Below, piece after piece: positions 20,548 to 30,381 of a DNA stretch of 64,000 nucleotides (position 1 is the first letter of the stretch; the number at the start of each line of letters is the position of its first letter). A model generated the notes under the pieces. It did no database searches. It saw nothing but the letters and a program-made list of their open reading frames with translations, and was not told the origin of the DNA. Origin of the DNA: Candidatus Krumholzibacteriota bacterium (lineage in GTDB: Bacteria; Krumholzibacteriota; Krumholzibacteriia; JAJRXK01); contig CAVXTH010000009.1 in NCBI GenBank assembly GCA_963764625.1, forward strand, positions 928,001-992,000. The letters run 5' to 3'. Position numbers and translations under genes: made by a program.

Positions 20548-22137
20548 ATGAGTCAGTCTCAGGCACCAAGCCGTCTCTTGCCGAGTGAGCCCCTGCTCGA
20601 AATCCGGACACACGCCCTGGCGCACTGCCGGCCCCGACCGGAGGTGCGACGCTGGTTGCGTGACCTGGAGGGGGAGGGCGATCTCGTCGAGCGCGCGAGG
20701 CTTCTCGCGAATACCCTGCGCAAGCGCTTGGGAAGCGAGCTGCTGAAAGACATGCTCGAGGGCCTTCTGGCGCTGGCGGCCGACGGCGACAATTCGGGCA
20801 TTAGTGGACTGGCCGCGCTGGTGGCGGTGAGGGCCCAGGGATCCTCGGTCATCGAAGGCATCTTCGAGTTCCGCCACCTCCACCGGGTTGGAGCGCGCTA
20901 CCGTCACCGCCGCGCGCGCGGCCGCCCGCTCGAGCCCCAGGAAGAGGCTTTGCTCGCAGAGGTCGATGCGGTCGAGAGCGAACTCGTCACGCTCATCCCC
21001 CGTGAGGTCGATCCCTTCGCGCTGCCCTCGCCCCTCGATCTGGGCGCGGCGCGAGTGCCCCGGAAAGTCTTCGCGGTTCTGCACGACGAGTTGCGCGAGC
21101 GAGGCGAGCTCGACGAGCAGAAACTCCTGGCTTTCCTGCGGCTCGCGCGCCTGGAGCAGCGGGCGGCCCAGCAACGTGCATCCGCCGTCGCGGGGGGCAT
21201 CAACCCCTTTGCGGTCAAGGCGGTGAGCGAAGTGATGCCGCGCCTGGCGGATCTCGACACCGAGATCCGGGACGTGGCAAACTTCCTAGATGCCTTGGAG
21301 GAAAAGCGGAATTGCAATCTCTTCCACCAGCAGGACTCGGTGCTCCGTGACGCTCTCGCCCCTGACGAGTTCGCGCGACTCGAGCAGCTGTGCGCGTCAG
21401 AGGAAGCGCTACATCCTCTGGAAGGTCTACTGAGAGGTCTCACCGAGAATCCTCTGGAGGGCAAGGCGCTGGCCTATTACTCCCAACAGATCATGAAGAT
21501 CGGCCAGCAACTCTTCTTGGCCGGAATCCGACCCATCCCCATCGACTGTCTCGAATCCGTTCTCTACTCGTACCAGTACGCACAAGAACACGGAGTGCGG
21601 ATTCCAGTGGGGCCAAGCGTGGCCTCCAGGCTGGGCGATGCGATGATCGAAGGGGTCAGCATCGCCGACGGCGCGCTGATCGTGCCCTTCGATCTGCACG
21701 CCGCGCGACGGGTGAGGGCTCCTCTGGGCCTGCCATTCCCTCCATCGTCGCAAGAGGACGAGAGCGAGGACAAGGGCGACGTGAAGAAACTCGTCATGAC
21801 CAACATCAACAACACCAGCATCCTGCTGGGTTTGTTGCGGAACCCGAAGGTGGTGAACAAGCCGGGGATGGTGGGCTTCATCGCGAACGCGTGCCGCATG
21901 CCCGCGGTGCTCGAATACATCGCCACCACCAAGAGGCTTCACTCCGGCTTCGCCAACAAAGACGTGCCCCTAGCGATCGTCCGCTCGCCGGTGCGGCTGC
22001 CGGTGAAACTGGTTCGGCGCTTCATCCACGTGAAGTACATCCGCGGTGTCGAACTGCGACGTCTCGCCCGCGACAAGTCGGGCCTGCGCCGTGAAATCTA
22101 CGACGAGATCCAAGACTACCTCGGCAGCCTGGGTTAG
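20548..22137 (+). CDS. Hypothetical cytoplasmic alpha-helical protein (529 aa)
   Basis: Long ORF with GAGGA SD and typical codon bias; basic C-terminal helical domain (LLRNPKV...LAIVRSPVRLP...LRRLARDK). Confidence 0.75.
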   Translation: MSQSQAPSRLLPSEPLLEIRTHALAHCRPRPEVRRWLRDLEGEGDLVERARLLANTLRKRLGSELLKDMLEGLLALAADGDNSGISGLAALVAVRAQGSSVIEGIFEFRHLHRVGARYRHRRARGRPLEPQEEALLAEVDAVESELVTLIPREVDPFALPSPLDLGAARVPRKVFAVLHDELRERGELDEQKLLAFLRLARLEQRAAQQRASAVAGGINPFAVKAVSEVMPRLADLDTEIRDVANFLDALEEKRNCNLFHQQDSVLRDALAPDEFARLEQLCASEEALHPLEGLLRGLTENPLEGKALAYYSQQIMKIGQQLFLAGIRPIPIDCLESVLYSYQYAQEHGVRIPVGPSVASRLGDAMIEGVSIADGALIVPFDLHAARRVRAPLGLPFPPSSQEDESEDKGDVKKLVMTNINNTSILLGLLRNPKVVNKPGMVGFIANACRMPAVLEYIATTKRLHSGFANKDVPLAIVRSPVRLPVKLVRRFIHVKYIRGVELRRLARDKSGLRREIYDEIQDYLGSLG

Positions 22138-22315
22138 CTACGCGGACCCGGTGGCACGAGCCCGAGAGAATCGACTTGGCCGCCGAACGCCCTCGTTCGC
22201 GCATCCTTCCCATCCTTATTTTCTTTCTCAGGGGTGCTTGGAGTTTTCCCCCCGGAAGGACTACATTCGCGGAGTCTGATCTCAAATCCCGAACCCAGGT
22301 GGGGAGGTAGCCATC

Positions 22316-23488
22316 GTGGCGAAAGAACTGGCGTCTAGGATGGATCGACTCGGCACGGAGACCGCGTTCGAGGTCTTGGCTCGGGCCAAGAAGCTCGAGG
22401 CCGAGGGAAAGAGCGTCGTGCATCTGGAAATCGGCGAACCCGATTTCGATACTCCCGCCAACATCGTGGAAGCCGCGGTCAAGGCGCTGAAGAACGGCGC
22501 CACGCACTATGGGCCTTCTGCCGGTCTCCCCGAGGCGAGGAAGAGCTTCGCGAAGTGGTTCAGCCAGGATCGCGGGGTTGAGGTCAGTCCCGATCAGATC
22601 GTGATCACGCCGGGCGCGAAGCCCATCATCTATTTCGTCCTCACCGCGCTGGTCGAGCCGGGTGACGAGGTCATCTATCCCAACCCGGGTTTTCCCATCT
22701 ACGAATCGATGATCCAGTTTTCCGGGGGCAAAGGGATCCCGCTTCCTCTGCGCGAAGAAAACGGATTTAGCTTCGATCCCGACGAGTTGCGCCGTCTCGC
22801 AAGCAACAAGACCAAGTTGATCATCATCAACACTCCGGGCAATCCCTGCGGGGGGGTCCTGTCTCCGGAAGATCTGAATGCGGTGGCTGAAGTGGCCAAG
22901 GAGCACGATTGCTGGGTGCTGAGCGATGAGATCTATTCCAAGATCATCTACGATCGCAAGCATCACAGCATGCTCGAGATCGATGGGATGAAGGATCGCG
23001 CCATCGTGCTCGACGGACATTCGAAGACCTACGCCATGACCGGTTGGCGTCTCGGCTTCGGGGTCATGCCCGAAAGTCTCGCGCCCAGCATCGCGCGTCT
23101 GCAGACCAACTCCACTTCGTGCACCTCCACCTTCACCCAGATCGCGGGAGTGGAAGCTCTGCTCGGCGATCAATCGGGTGCGCAGGCCATGGTGAAGGAG
23201 TTCAAGGCGCGCCGGGACCTTGTCGTGGGTCTCTTGAACGACGTGCCCGGAGTGAGCTGCCTCACCCCCGGAGGCGCTTTCTACGTCTTTCCCAACATCA
23301 AGAAACTGGGCGTACCATGCCGCGAATTCGCGTCGACCCTGCTCGACGAATACGGAGTGGCGGCGTTGGCGGGCACTTCCTTCGGTTCCTACGGCGACGG
23401 TTATCTCAGATTCAGTTACGCCAACTCGCGAGAAAATCTCGCGGAGGGGGTCTCCCGTCTGAAGTCCTACGCGGAATCCCTGCAGTGA
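22316..23488 (+). CDS. PLP-dependent class I/II aminotransferase (aspartate aminotransferase-like)
   Basis: HLEIGEPDFDTP, NTPGNPCG, SDEIY, GHSKTYAMTGWRLG (PLP lysine); GGGAGG SD. Confidence 0.92.
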   Translation: MAKELASRMDRLGTETAFEVLARAKKLEAEGKSVVHLEIGEPDFDTPANIVEAAVKALKNGATHYGPSAGLPEARKSFAKWFSQDRGVEVSPDQIVITPGAKPIIYFVLTALVEPGDEVIYPNPGFPIYESMIQFSGGKGIPLPLREENGFSFDPDELRRLASNKTKLIIINTPGNPCGGVLSPEDLNAVAEVAKEHDCWVLSDEIYSKIIYDRKHHSMLEIDGMKDRAIVLDGHSKTYAMTGWRLGFGVMPESLAPSIARLQTNSTSCTSTFTQIAGVEALLGDQSGAQAMVKEFKARRDLVVGLLNDVPGVSCLTPGGAFYVFPNIKKLGVPCREFASTLLDEYGVAALAGTSFGSYGDGYLRFSYANSRENLAEGVSRLKSYAESLQ

Positions 23489-23545
23489 GGACTTCGCCGC
23501 GGCGGCCGAGTTCTAAAGGCGGTCCCGGTTGAGTCGAAAGGAAGC

Positions 23546-24811
23546 ATGGCTGGCAGAGTCTTGATCATCGGAAGCGGCGGTCGCGAACACGCCCTTGCCT
23601 GGAAGTTGGCCGCGTCCGAGGGAGTGGAAGAGGTCCTGGTGGCGCCGGGCAACGACGCCATGAGTGACTGCGCCCAACTCATCGACGCCGACGATGAGCA
23701 AGGGTGGATCGACGCGGCGCGTCACCACCGGGTCGATCTGGTGGTCATCGGTCCCGAGAAACCTCTGGTCGAGGGTCTGGCCGATCGCCTGAGAGCGGAG
23801 GGCTTTCTGGTCTTCGGTCCCTCGGCGAGGGCCGCTTTACTAGAAGGCGACAAGGCGTTCGCCAAGGAATTCATGCGGGCCGCCGGCGTTCCCTGTGCGC
23901 GCTCCGAGAACTTCACGCAATTCGACGACGCTTTGCACTGGCTCAAGCGCAATGGGGGCCCCTGCGTGGTGAAGGCCAGTGGGCTGGCCGCGGGCAAGGG
24001 CGTGAGCGTCTGCGATGACGCAGGCCAGGCAGAAACGGCTCTCCGGCGGATGCTCGTCGAGAGAGCATTCGGGGTGGCGGGAGACGTGGTTTTGCTGGAG
24101 GAGAGGCTCTTCGGGCCGGAGCTTTCCGTGTTCGCGCTGCTCGATGGAACGCGCGCGGCGTGGTTCGCGCCGAGTCGTGACCACAAGCGCCTGCGCGACG
24201 GCGACCAGGGGCCCAATACCGGCGGAATGGGCGCCTACACCCCGGTGGCCGAGGCGAACCAAGCCCTGATGGAACGGGTTCACGAGGAAATTCTAGGTCC
24301 CACGCTTGTTGAATTGCGTCGCCGCAGGCTGGAGTATCGCGGTCTGCTCTACCTCGGTCTGATTCTCACGAAAGACGGACCAAAGTTGCTCGAATACAAT
24401 TGCCGCTTTGGAGATCCGGAAACCCAAGTCGTTCTTCCCGTGTTCCCGGGGGATCTTTACGCCCTGCTCGCAGGTGTGGCGAGGGGTGAACTGCCCGTGC
24501 AAGGCGCTCTTGCGGCCGAGGGCGCGGCAGTGGGAATCGTCTTGGCTTCGGAGGGATATCCGGCGCGGCCGAGGGTGGACCGCGTCATTTCGGGTCTGGA
24601 TTCGTTGGCGGAAGAAGCTCTCATCTTCCACGCGGGAACCCGCCGGGAGGGAGGGAGCTGGCGGACCGCCGGAGGGCGCGTACTGTGTGCCGTGGCGCGC
24701 GCCGCGACGGTGCCCTTGGCCCAAGAGAAGGCTTTGGCTGTGGCGACGAGCTTGCATTTCGAGGGAGTACAACTGCGCACGGACATCGCAGCAAAGGAGG
24801 GAAGCGCTTGA
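23546..24811 (+). CDS. purD: Phosphoribosylamine-glycine ligase
   Basis: GSGGREHALAW, KASGLAAGKGV, GPNTGGMGAY, EYNCRFGDPETQ. Confidence 0.97.
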   Translation: MAGRVLIIGSGGREHALAWKLAASEGVEEVLVAPGNDAMSDCAQLIDADDEQGWIDAARHHRVDLVVIGPEKPLVEGLADRLRAEGFLVFGPSARAALLEGDKAFAKEFMRAAGVPCARSENFTQFDDALHWLKRNGGPCVVKASGLAAGKGVSVCDDAGQAETALRRMLVERAFGVAGDVVLLEERLFGPELSVFALLDGTRAAWFAPSRDHKRLRDGDQGPNTGGMGAYTPVAEANQALMERVHEEILGPTLVELRRRRLEYRGLLYLGLILTKDGPKLLEYNCRFGDPETQVVLPVFPGDLYALLAGVARGELPVQGALAAEGAAVGIVLASEGYPARPRVDRVISGLDSLAEEALIFHAGTRREGGSWRTAGGRVLCAVARAATVPLAQEKALAVATSLHFEGVQLRTDIAAKEGSA

Positions 24812-25287
24812 GTCCTGAATCTCAACCCATGGTCTGCATAATTTCGGGAAGTCCCAGTGACGCCGAGATGGTGAATGCCTGCGCCGCCGTCCTCGACCGC
24901 TACGGGATACCCCACGAGGACCGGGTCATCAGCGCCCACCGTCAGGCGGATCGTCTCCGCGCGTGGGTGAAAGAAGTCGAGGGACGTGGATGTGAGCTCT
25001 TCATCGCCATGGCCGGCATGGCGGCGCACCTCCCGGGCGTAGTCGCGTCGCTCAGCCCCAAGCCGGTGCTCGGAGTGCCCCTGCCGGGAGGCATCCTGGA
25101 CGGCATGGATGCCCTGCTCTCCATCGTTCAGATGCCGGGTGGGGTCCCGGTGGGAACTTTGGCTGTCGGCAAGGCGGGAGCCATGAACGCCGCCCATCTG
25201 GCCGCCCGGATCCTGGCCCTGTCCAAGCCCGAACTCGGCCATGAGGTCGAGGCAGTCCGGCGTGAAATGGCCGAGGGGAGACCTTGA
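24808..25287 (+). CDS. purE: N5-carboxyaminoimidazole ribonucleotide mutase
   Basis: GSPSD, ISAHR, AGMAAHLPG, DALLSIVQMPGGVPV; TTG start with AAGGAGG SD overlapping the purD stop. Confidence 0.95.
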   Translation: MSPESQPMVCIISGSPSDAEMVNACAAVLDRYGIPHEDRVISAHRQADRLRAWVKEVEGRGCELFIAMAGMAAHLPGVVASLSPKPVLGVPLPGGILDGMDALLSIVQMPGGVPVGTLAVGKAGAMNAAHLAARILALSKPELGHEVEAVRREMAEGRP

Positions 25288-25853
25288 ACGCGGCGGAGAC
25301 CCTCCGCGCGGGCAAGGTCGTTCTTCTGGACACGGACACCCTTCCCGGTCTGCACGCTCTGGCCTCAGGGAAAGGCGCGACACGGAAGCTACGCGATCTC
25401 AAGGGCTCGCCACAGGGGCGCCCCTTCCTGCTCCTCTTTGCCTGCCTCGAAGACGTGCTGCGGTACGCGCATCCACCCCAAGAGGACAGACTCGCCCTGC
25501 TCCGCCGCGCCTGGCCCGGTCCTCTGACCGCGCTGCTTGGGCCCAGCGAGCGGGCGTTGCCGGAATGGGTGGCGAAGGAGGGAAGCATCGCGGCGCGCGT
25601 GCCCGCCTGCGCCCCTCTGCGATCGCTCCTCGCCGAGCTGGGAGCGCCTCTTTTCAGCACGAGCGCGAACCGGGCCGGTGAATCCCCAGCGACGAGCCTT
25701 CAGGAGGCTTCCGCGCGCTTTCCGCAGCTTGCCGCCTTCTCGCTGGGGGACGCTTCGCCCGGGGTTGCTTCGACTTTGGTGGATCTGCGCGGCGAAACCG
25801 TCGAGATTCTACGTCGCGGACACGCGCCGTGGCCACCAATCGCCCCGGCTTGA
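25284..25853 (+). CDS. tsaC: L-threonylcarbamoyladenylate synthase (YrdC/Sua5 family, short form)
   Basis: DTDTLPGL, LKG, WPGPLT, FSTSANRAG, ASTLVDL. Confidence 0.85.
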   Translation: MNAAETLRAGKVVLLDTDTLPGLHALASGKGATRKLRDLKGSPQGRPFLLLFACLEDVLRYAHPPQEDRLALLRRAWPGPLTALLGPSERALPEWVAKEGSIAARVPACAPLRSLLAELGAPLFSTSANRAGESPATSLQEASARFPQLAAFSLGDASPGVASTLVDLRGETVEILRRGHAPWPPIAPA

Positions 25854-25911
25854 CTTTGCGCCACTGGGCGGATAGCTTTCAGCGGCGAAACTCACAACTT
25901 ACGATTTCACT

Positions 25912-26382
25912 ATGAGTTCTCTTCTTTTTGTGTGTACCGGCAACAGCTGCAGGAGCCCTATGGCCGAGGTTCTGGCCCGCCGCCTCTTGGCTTCGCCCGG
26001 AACCCTCGTGCACGTGTCCTCCGCCGGCTTGCATGCTGAGGCGGGACAACCCGCCAGCGAGAACGCGCGCGCGGTGGCTCGCGAGAAGGGGGAGGATCTC
26101 TCCACGCATCGCACGCGCATGCTCGACCGCGCGCTCGTCAGGGAGAGCGATCTGATTCTCACCATGACACGGGCTCACCGAGACGAGATCTTGCGAGAGT
26201 ATCCTTCGGCCCGGGGAAGGGTTTATTCTCTGTCCGAATTCTCCGGACTGAGCGGACAGGGTGACCTGGTCGATCCGTACGGGGGCGATCTGTCGCGTTA
26301 CCGGGAAACCTGGGCTTCGATCGAATCCCACCTGCGAGCGGCTCGGACGCGACTCGTGAAGACCCTGGAGGAGAGCCGATGA
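25912..26382 (+). CDS. Low-molecular-weight protein Tyr/Arg phosphatase (YwlE-like)
   Basis: P-loop [29 protein letters not shown]; position between tsaC and glyA. Confidence 0.85.
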   Translation: MSSLLFVCTGNSCRSPMAEVLARRLLASPGTLVHVSSAGLHAEAGQPASENARAVAREKGEDLSTHRTRMLDRALVRESDLILTMTRAHRDEILREYPSARGRVYSLSEFSGLSGQGDLVDPYGGDLSRYRETWASIESHLRAARTRLVKTLEESR

Positions 26383-27627
26383 ACGACCTGAAATCCGTTG
26401 ATCCCGCCATCGCCGAAGTGCTGACGAACGAACTCAACCGTCAGCGTGGGCAACTCGAGATGATCGCCAGCGAGAATTTCACCAGCCTGGCGGTCATGGA
26501 GGCGATGGGAAGCGTACTCACGAACAAGTACGCGGAAGGTTATCCCGGACGCCGCTACTACGGGGGCTGCGAATTCGTGGACGAGGCGGAGAGACTGGCG
26601 CGCGACCGGGCCAAGGAACTCTTCGGGGCCGCCTACGCCAACGTGCAGCCTCACTCGGGCTCTTCCGCAAATCTCACCGCCTACCTCGCCTTCGTACAGC
26701 CCGGTTCCAAGGTCTTGGGTCTCAGCTTGAGTCACGGAGGTCACCTCACCCACGGGCATCACGTGAATTTCAGCGGTATGCTCTTCGATGCTCACCACTA
26801 CGAGGTGGACCGCGAAACGGAGACGATTGACTACGACGCTTTGCAGAAGCAGTGCGAGACCCTGCGCCCCGCGCTCTTGGTCACCGGCAGCAGCGCGTAT
26901 CCTCGCGCGTGGGATTTCAAGAGGCTGGGCGCGATCAGCCGCGAACTGGAGATTCCTCTGCTAGTGGACATGGCGCACTTCGCTGGACTCGTCGCGGCGA
27001 AGCTGCATCCGGATCCCGTTCCGTACGCGACCGTGGTCACCTCCACCACGCACAAGACCCTGCGTGGTCCGCGCGGGGGGCTGATTCTTACCAAGGATCC
27101 CGAGAGCTCGAAAGCGGTCAACAAGATCAACTTTCCCGGAACGCAGGGCGGGCCGTTCATGCACGTCATCGCGGCCAAGGCGGTCTGTTTCCTGGAGGCG
27201 ATGCGGGAACCCTTCCTTCTCGACCAGCGCCAGACCGTCGCCAACGCCAAGAGACTCGGGGAAAAGCTGGTGGAACAGGGCCTGCGATTGGTGAGCGGTG
27301 GAACCGATACACACCTGCTCCTGGTCGACGTGCGGGGCAAGAACCTCACCGGCAAGATGGCCGAAGAAATCCTCGAAAAGCGTCGGAATCACGGTGAACA
27401 AGAACACGATCCCCTTCGATCCCGAATCCCCTTTCGTCACCAGCGGGATCCGCATTGGTACTCCCGCGTTGACGACGCGGGGCATGAAGGAAGACGAGAT
27501 GGACGAAATTGCCGAGATCATCGGACGGGCTCTGAGCGTAGGGATGCAGAGCTCGGAGCTCGAGGGTTTGAGAAAGCGGAGCCGGCAGCTCGCCGATGCT
27601 CATCCGCTCTACCCGGAATTGGGTTGA
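26379..27627 (+). CDS. glyA: Serine hydroxymethyltransferase; frameshift at ~27378
   Basis: [38 protein letters not shown]; C-terminus ([12 protein letters not shown]...[14 protein letters not shown]) lies in ORF 27298..27627 after an A4 run. Confidence 0.95.
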
Positions 27628-27644
27628 GAGGGAAGGTCTAGCGC

Positions 27645-28124
27645 GTGCGTTGCCCGAACTGCGGAAATCTCGAGGACAGAGTGGTGGATTCGCGTTCCAC
27701 CAAGGAAGGCGCGGCGATCCGACGGCGCAGGGAATGTGTGAACTGCTCGCATCGATTCACCACCTACGAATACGTGGAACGCACGTCGGCTCTGGTCGTA
27801 AAGAAGGACGGCCGCCGGCAGAACTACGATCGTGATCGTCTCTTGGCGGGAGTGATTCAAGCTTGTCACAAGCGACCGGTGACCCGCGAGGAAATCGATG
27901 CTCTGGCCGATCGAGTCGAAGCCATCATCTTCGCTCCCGCGCGCGAAGAAATTCCCAGCGAGGAAATCGGAAGAGCGGTGATGGAGGAACTCGAGAAGCT
28001 CGACGACGTGGCCTATCTCCGTTTCGCGTCGGTCTATCGGAGTTTCCAGAGTGCCAACCAGTTCATGGACGAGTTGCGTTCCCTCCTGAAGCGCGACGCA
28101 GGGCGGTCCACGAAAGGTACGTGA
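27645..28124 (+). CDS. nrdR: Transcriptional repressor NrdR
   Basis: MRCPNC...DSR...IRRRRECVNCSHRFTTYE; ATP-cone; VAYLRFASVY. Confidence 0.97.
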   Translation: MRCPNCGNLEDRVVDSRSTKEGAAIRRRRECVNCSHRFTTYEYVERTSALVVKKDGRRQNYDRDRLLAGVIQACHKRPVTREEIDALADRVEAIIFAPAREEIPSEEIGRAVMEELEKLDDVAYLRFASVYRSFQSANQFMDELRSLLKRDAGRSTKGT

Positions 28125-28128
28125 AGCC

Positions 28129-28888
28129 ATGGGCCCGCGAGCTGGCAAGTCCGGCCATGAGATGACGATGTTCGAGCACATCGCGGAGCTCAGAAAGACC
28201 ATACTCTGGGCTTTCGGCATGGCTCTCGTCGCCACCATCGTCGCCTGGTTCTTCAGCGATCAGATTGTGAACGGGCTGCTCGGACCGGCCCGTAAAGCGG
28301 GGCAGGAGAGTCTTTACTTCACTGCTCCCATGGAGGCCTTTCTGCTCAAGCTGAAAGCCTCCACCGCGGTGGGACTCTTCCTGGTGCTTCCGCTTCATGC
28401 TCCTTAAAATCTATAGCTTCGTCACGCCCGGCTTACGCCCTCGTGAAAAACGAGTCGTGACTCCAATGTTGTTGACGGCGACTGGATTATTCTACGTGGG
28501 AGTCGCCTTTTGTTTTTTCATCCTCTTGCCCTTGGTAATCCGCTTTGCGGTCGGTTTCGCGACGGAACAGCTGCAACCTCTCCTCACGGCGCGCGAATAC
28601 TTCGATCTGGCGGTAAGGCTCTGTCTGGCGTTTGGGCTGCTCTTCGAGCTGCCGATGGTGGTCCTGGCCCTCTCCTGGGCCGGCGTGGTGCATCCCAGAA
28701 TGTTGCTCAGAGGCTGGCGCTACGCTCTCATCGCCATCCTGGCCGTCTCGGCGATCTTGACCCCTCCCGACGTGATCAGTCAGGTGATGCTGGCCGGTCC
28801 GGTCATGCTTCTCTACATGGGCAGTGTGATCGTGGCGCTGGTCATCCGCAGGCGCAAGGACCGTAACTCGGCCGACATTGACAGCTAG
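28129..28888 (+). CDS. tatC: Twin-arginine translocase subunit TatC; frameshift at ~28395
   Basis: EHIAELRK, TAPMEAF, FVTPGLRPREK, FGLLFELP, AILTPPDVISQ across ORFs 28129..28407 and 28397..28888. Confidence 0.93.
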
Positions 28889-28906
28889 CAGCGACAATTG
28901 TATACC
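28878..28906 (+). promoter_or_regulatory. Putative sigma-70 promoter for polyprenyl synthase-rsfS-argS-pfkB
   Basis: TTGACA-17 nt-TATACC. Confidence 0.55.
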
Positions 28907-28976
28907 TGTAAGGCTCTTGCGCGATCCCTCCGGGGCTCGCCCGAAGGTCACATCTCCTTTGAAGGCAGGGTTTCCA

Positions 28977-29976
28977 GTGCCTCTGGCCGGCGAGGACCGC
29001 GTCAAACTCCAGTCGCTTCAGTCCTTCGTGGCCGAGGAGTTGGGCTCCTTCGAGCGGGAGTACGAAACTCTGCTCAACGGAGAACTGGAGCTCCTGGGGA
29101 CAGATCTGCGAGCACCTGAAGCAGGGCAAGTCCAAGCGCTTCCGACCGATGCTCCTGCTCATCACCTCCAAGAACGGCAGCGAGATGCACCCGGATACCG
29201 CGTTCGCGGCCGCCTGTGTCGAGCTGGTACACACCGCCACTCTCGTCCACGACGATTTCATCGACGATGCCTCGACGCGTCGCCGTCTTCCCACCGTCAA
29301 CGTGAAGTGGGGACCGGCCGCTGCTCTCATCATGGGAGATTTTCTCTACACGAAAGTCTTCTCTCTGCTCACCGCGCGGGGAATGGACGACGCGATGAGG
29401 ATCATCGCGGCCACCACCCACCGGATGAGCGTGGCGGAGATGATGCAGCTGGAGAGTCGATCTCGTCTGGATCTGCCGGAAGAGGACTACTTCACGATCA
29501 TCTCGGAGAAAACGGCCTGCTTGATCGCGGCCTCCTGCGAGATCGGATCGCTGTTCCACCCCGGGCTCAGGATGCATCGCCCCGTACTTTCGTCGTTTGG
29601 ACAGAATCTGGGGATGGCATTTCAAATTACTGATGACATCTTCGATTACCGGGGTGATCCCAAGCGGCTCGGCAAGCCAGTGGGAGGAGATTGGCGAGAG
29701 GGGCGGATCACGCTTCCATTCATCGCAGCCTGGCGCAACGCGCCGGCTCAACTGAAACAGCGATTGCGCGAAGCGATCTCGGCCGGCCCGGAAGATCCGA
29801 GGCTCTGGGCCGAGGTCCGTGAGATGGTTCAGCAGTATGGCGGATTGGATTATTCTCATCGCATGGCCGCGCACTACGGGGAGCGGGCGAAGGAAGGCCT
29901 CATTGGTCTGGCGACGCATCCCCAGACCGCGATTCTCACCGACGCGGTAGATTATGTGCTCCGCCGCCTCAACTGA
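28977..29976 (+). CDS. Polyprenyl diphosphate synthase (IspB/HepT-like); frameshift at ~29098
   Basis: KRFRP, ELVHTATLVHDDFIDDASTRR (first Asp-rich motif), EKTA, AFQITDDIFD (second); N-terminus is in frame 28878 before a G4 run. Confidence 0.9.
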
Positions 29977-30012
29977 GCAGCATCTCCCGTGGAATCCAGT
30001 ACGGACGAGGTC

Positions 30013-30381
30013 ATGAGCAAAGAGCAAAGCCATGAGTTGGCTCGCGCCATCGTGGAATGGGGCCTTGCGAAAAAGGCCGAAGACGTGGTGGTGCTGGACG
30101 TCAGCGAACTCAGTGACGTCACCGACTACTTCGTACTGCTCAGCGGGGGCTCCCAGTCGCAAGTGCAGACCATCGCGGAGGCCATTCTGGACGCCGCGGT
30201 GAAGTGGGGCGAAAAACCCCTTCACGTGGAGGGAAGAGAGCTGGGAAGCTGGATCTTGATCGATTTCTTTGACGTGGTGGCTCACGTGATGCAGCCTCGA
30301 ATTCGGAACTACTACTCTCTCGAGCGACTCTGGGGAGACGCGCCTCTCACCCGCTTCGATGAGGAAGGGGCCTCGCAATGA
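30013..30381 (+). CDS. rsfS: Ribosome silencing factor
   Basis: KKAEDVVVLDV, TDYFV, WILIDFFDVVAHVM, RNYYSLERLWGD. Confidence 0.95.
   Translation: MSKEQSHELARAIVEWGLAKKAEDVVVLDVSELSDVTDYFVLLSGGSQSQVQTIAEAILDAAVKWGEKPLHVEGRELGSWILIDFFDVVAHVMQPRIRNYYSLERLWGDAPLTRFDEEGASQ

Noticed and set aside
25912-26382. Arsenate reductase ArsC (CTGNSCRS)
   Set aside because: Lacks the distal redox cysteine pair and any ars context; DPYGG and synteny favour an LMW phosphatase
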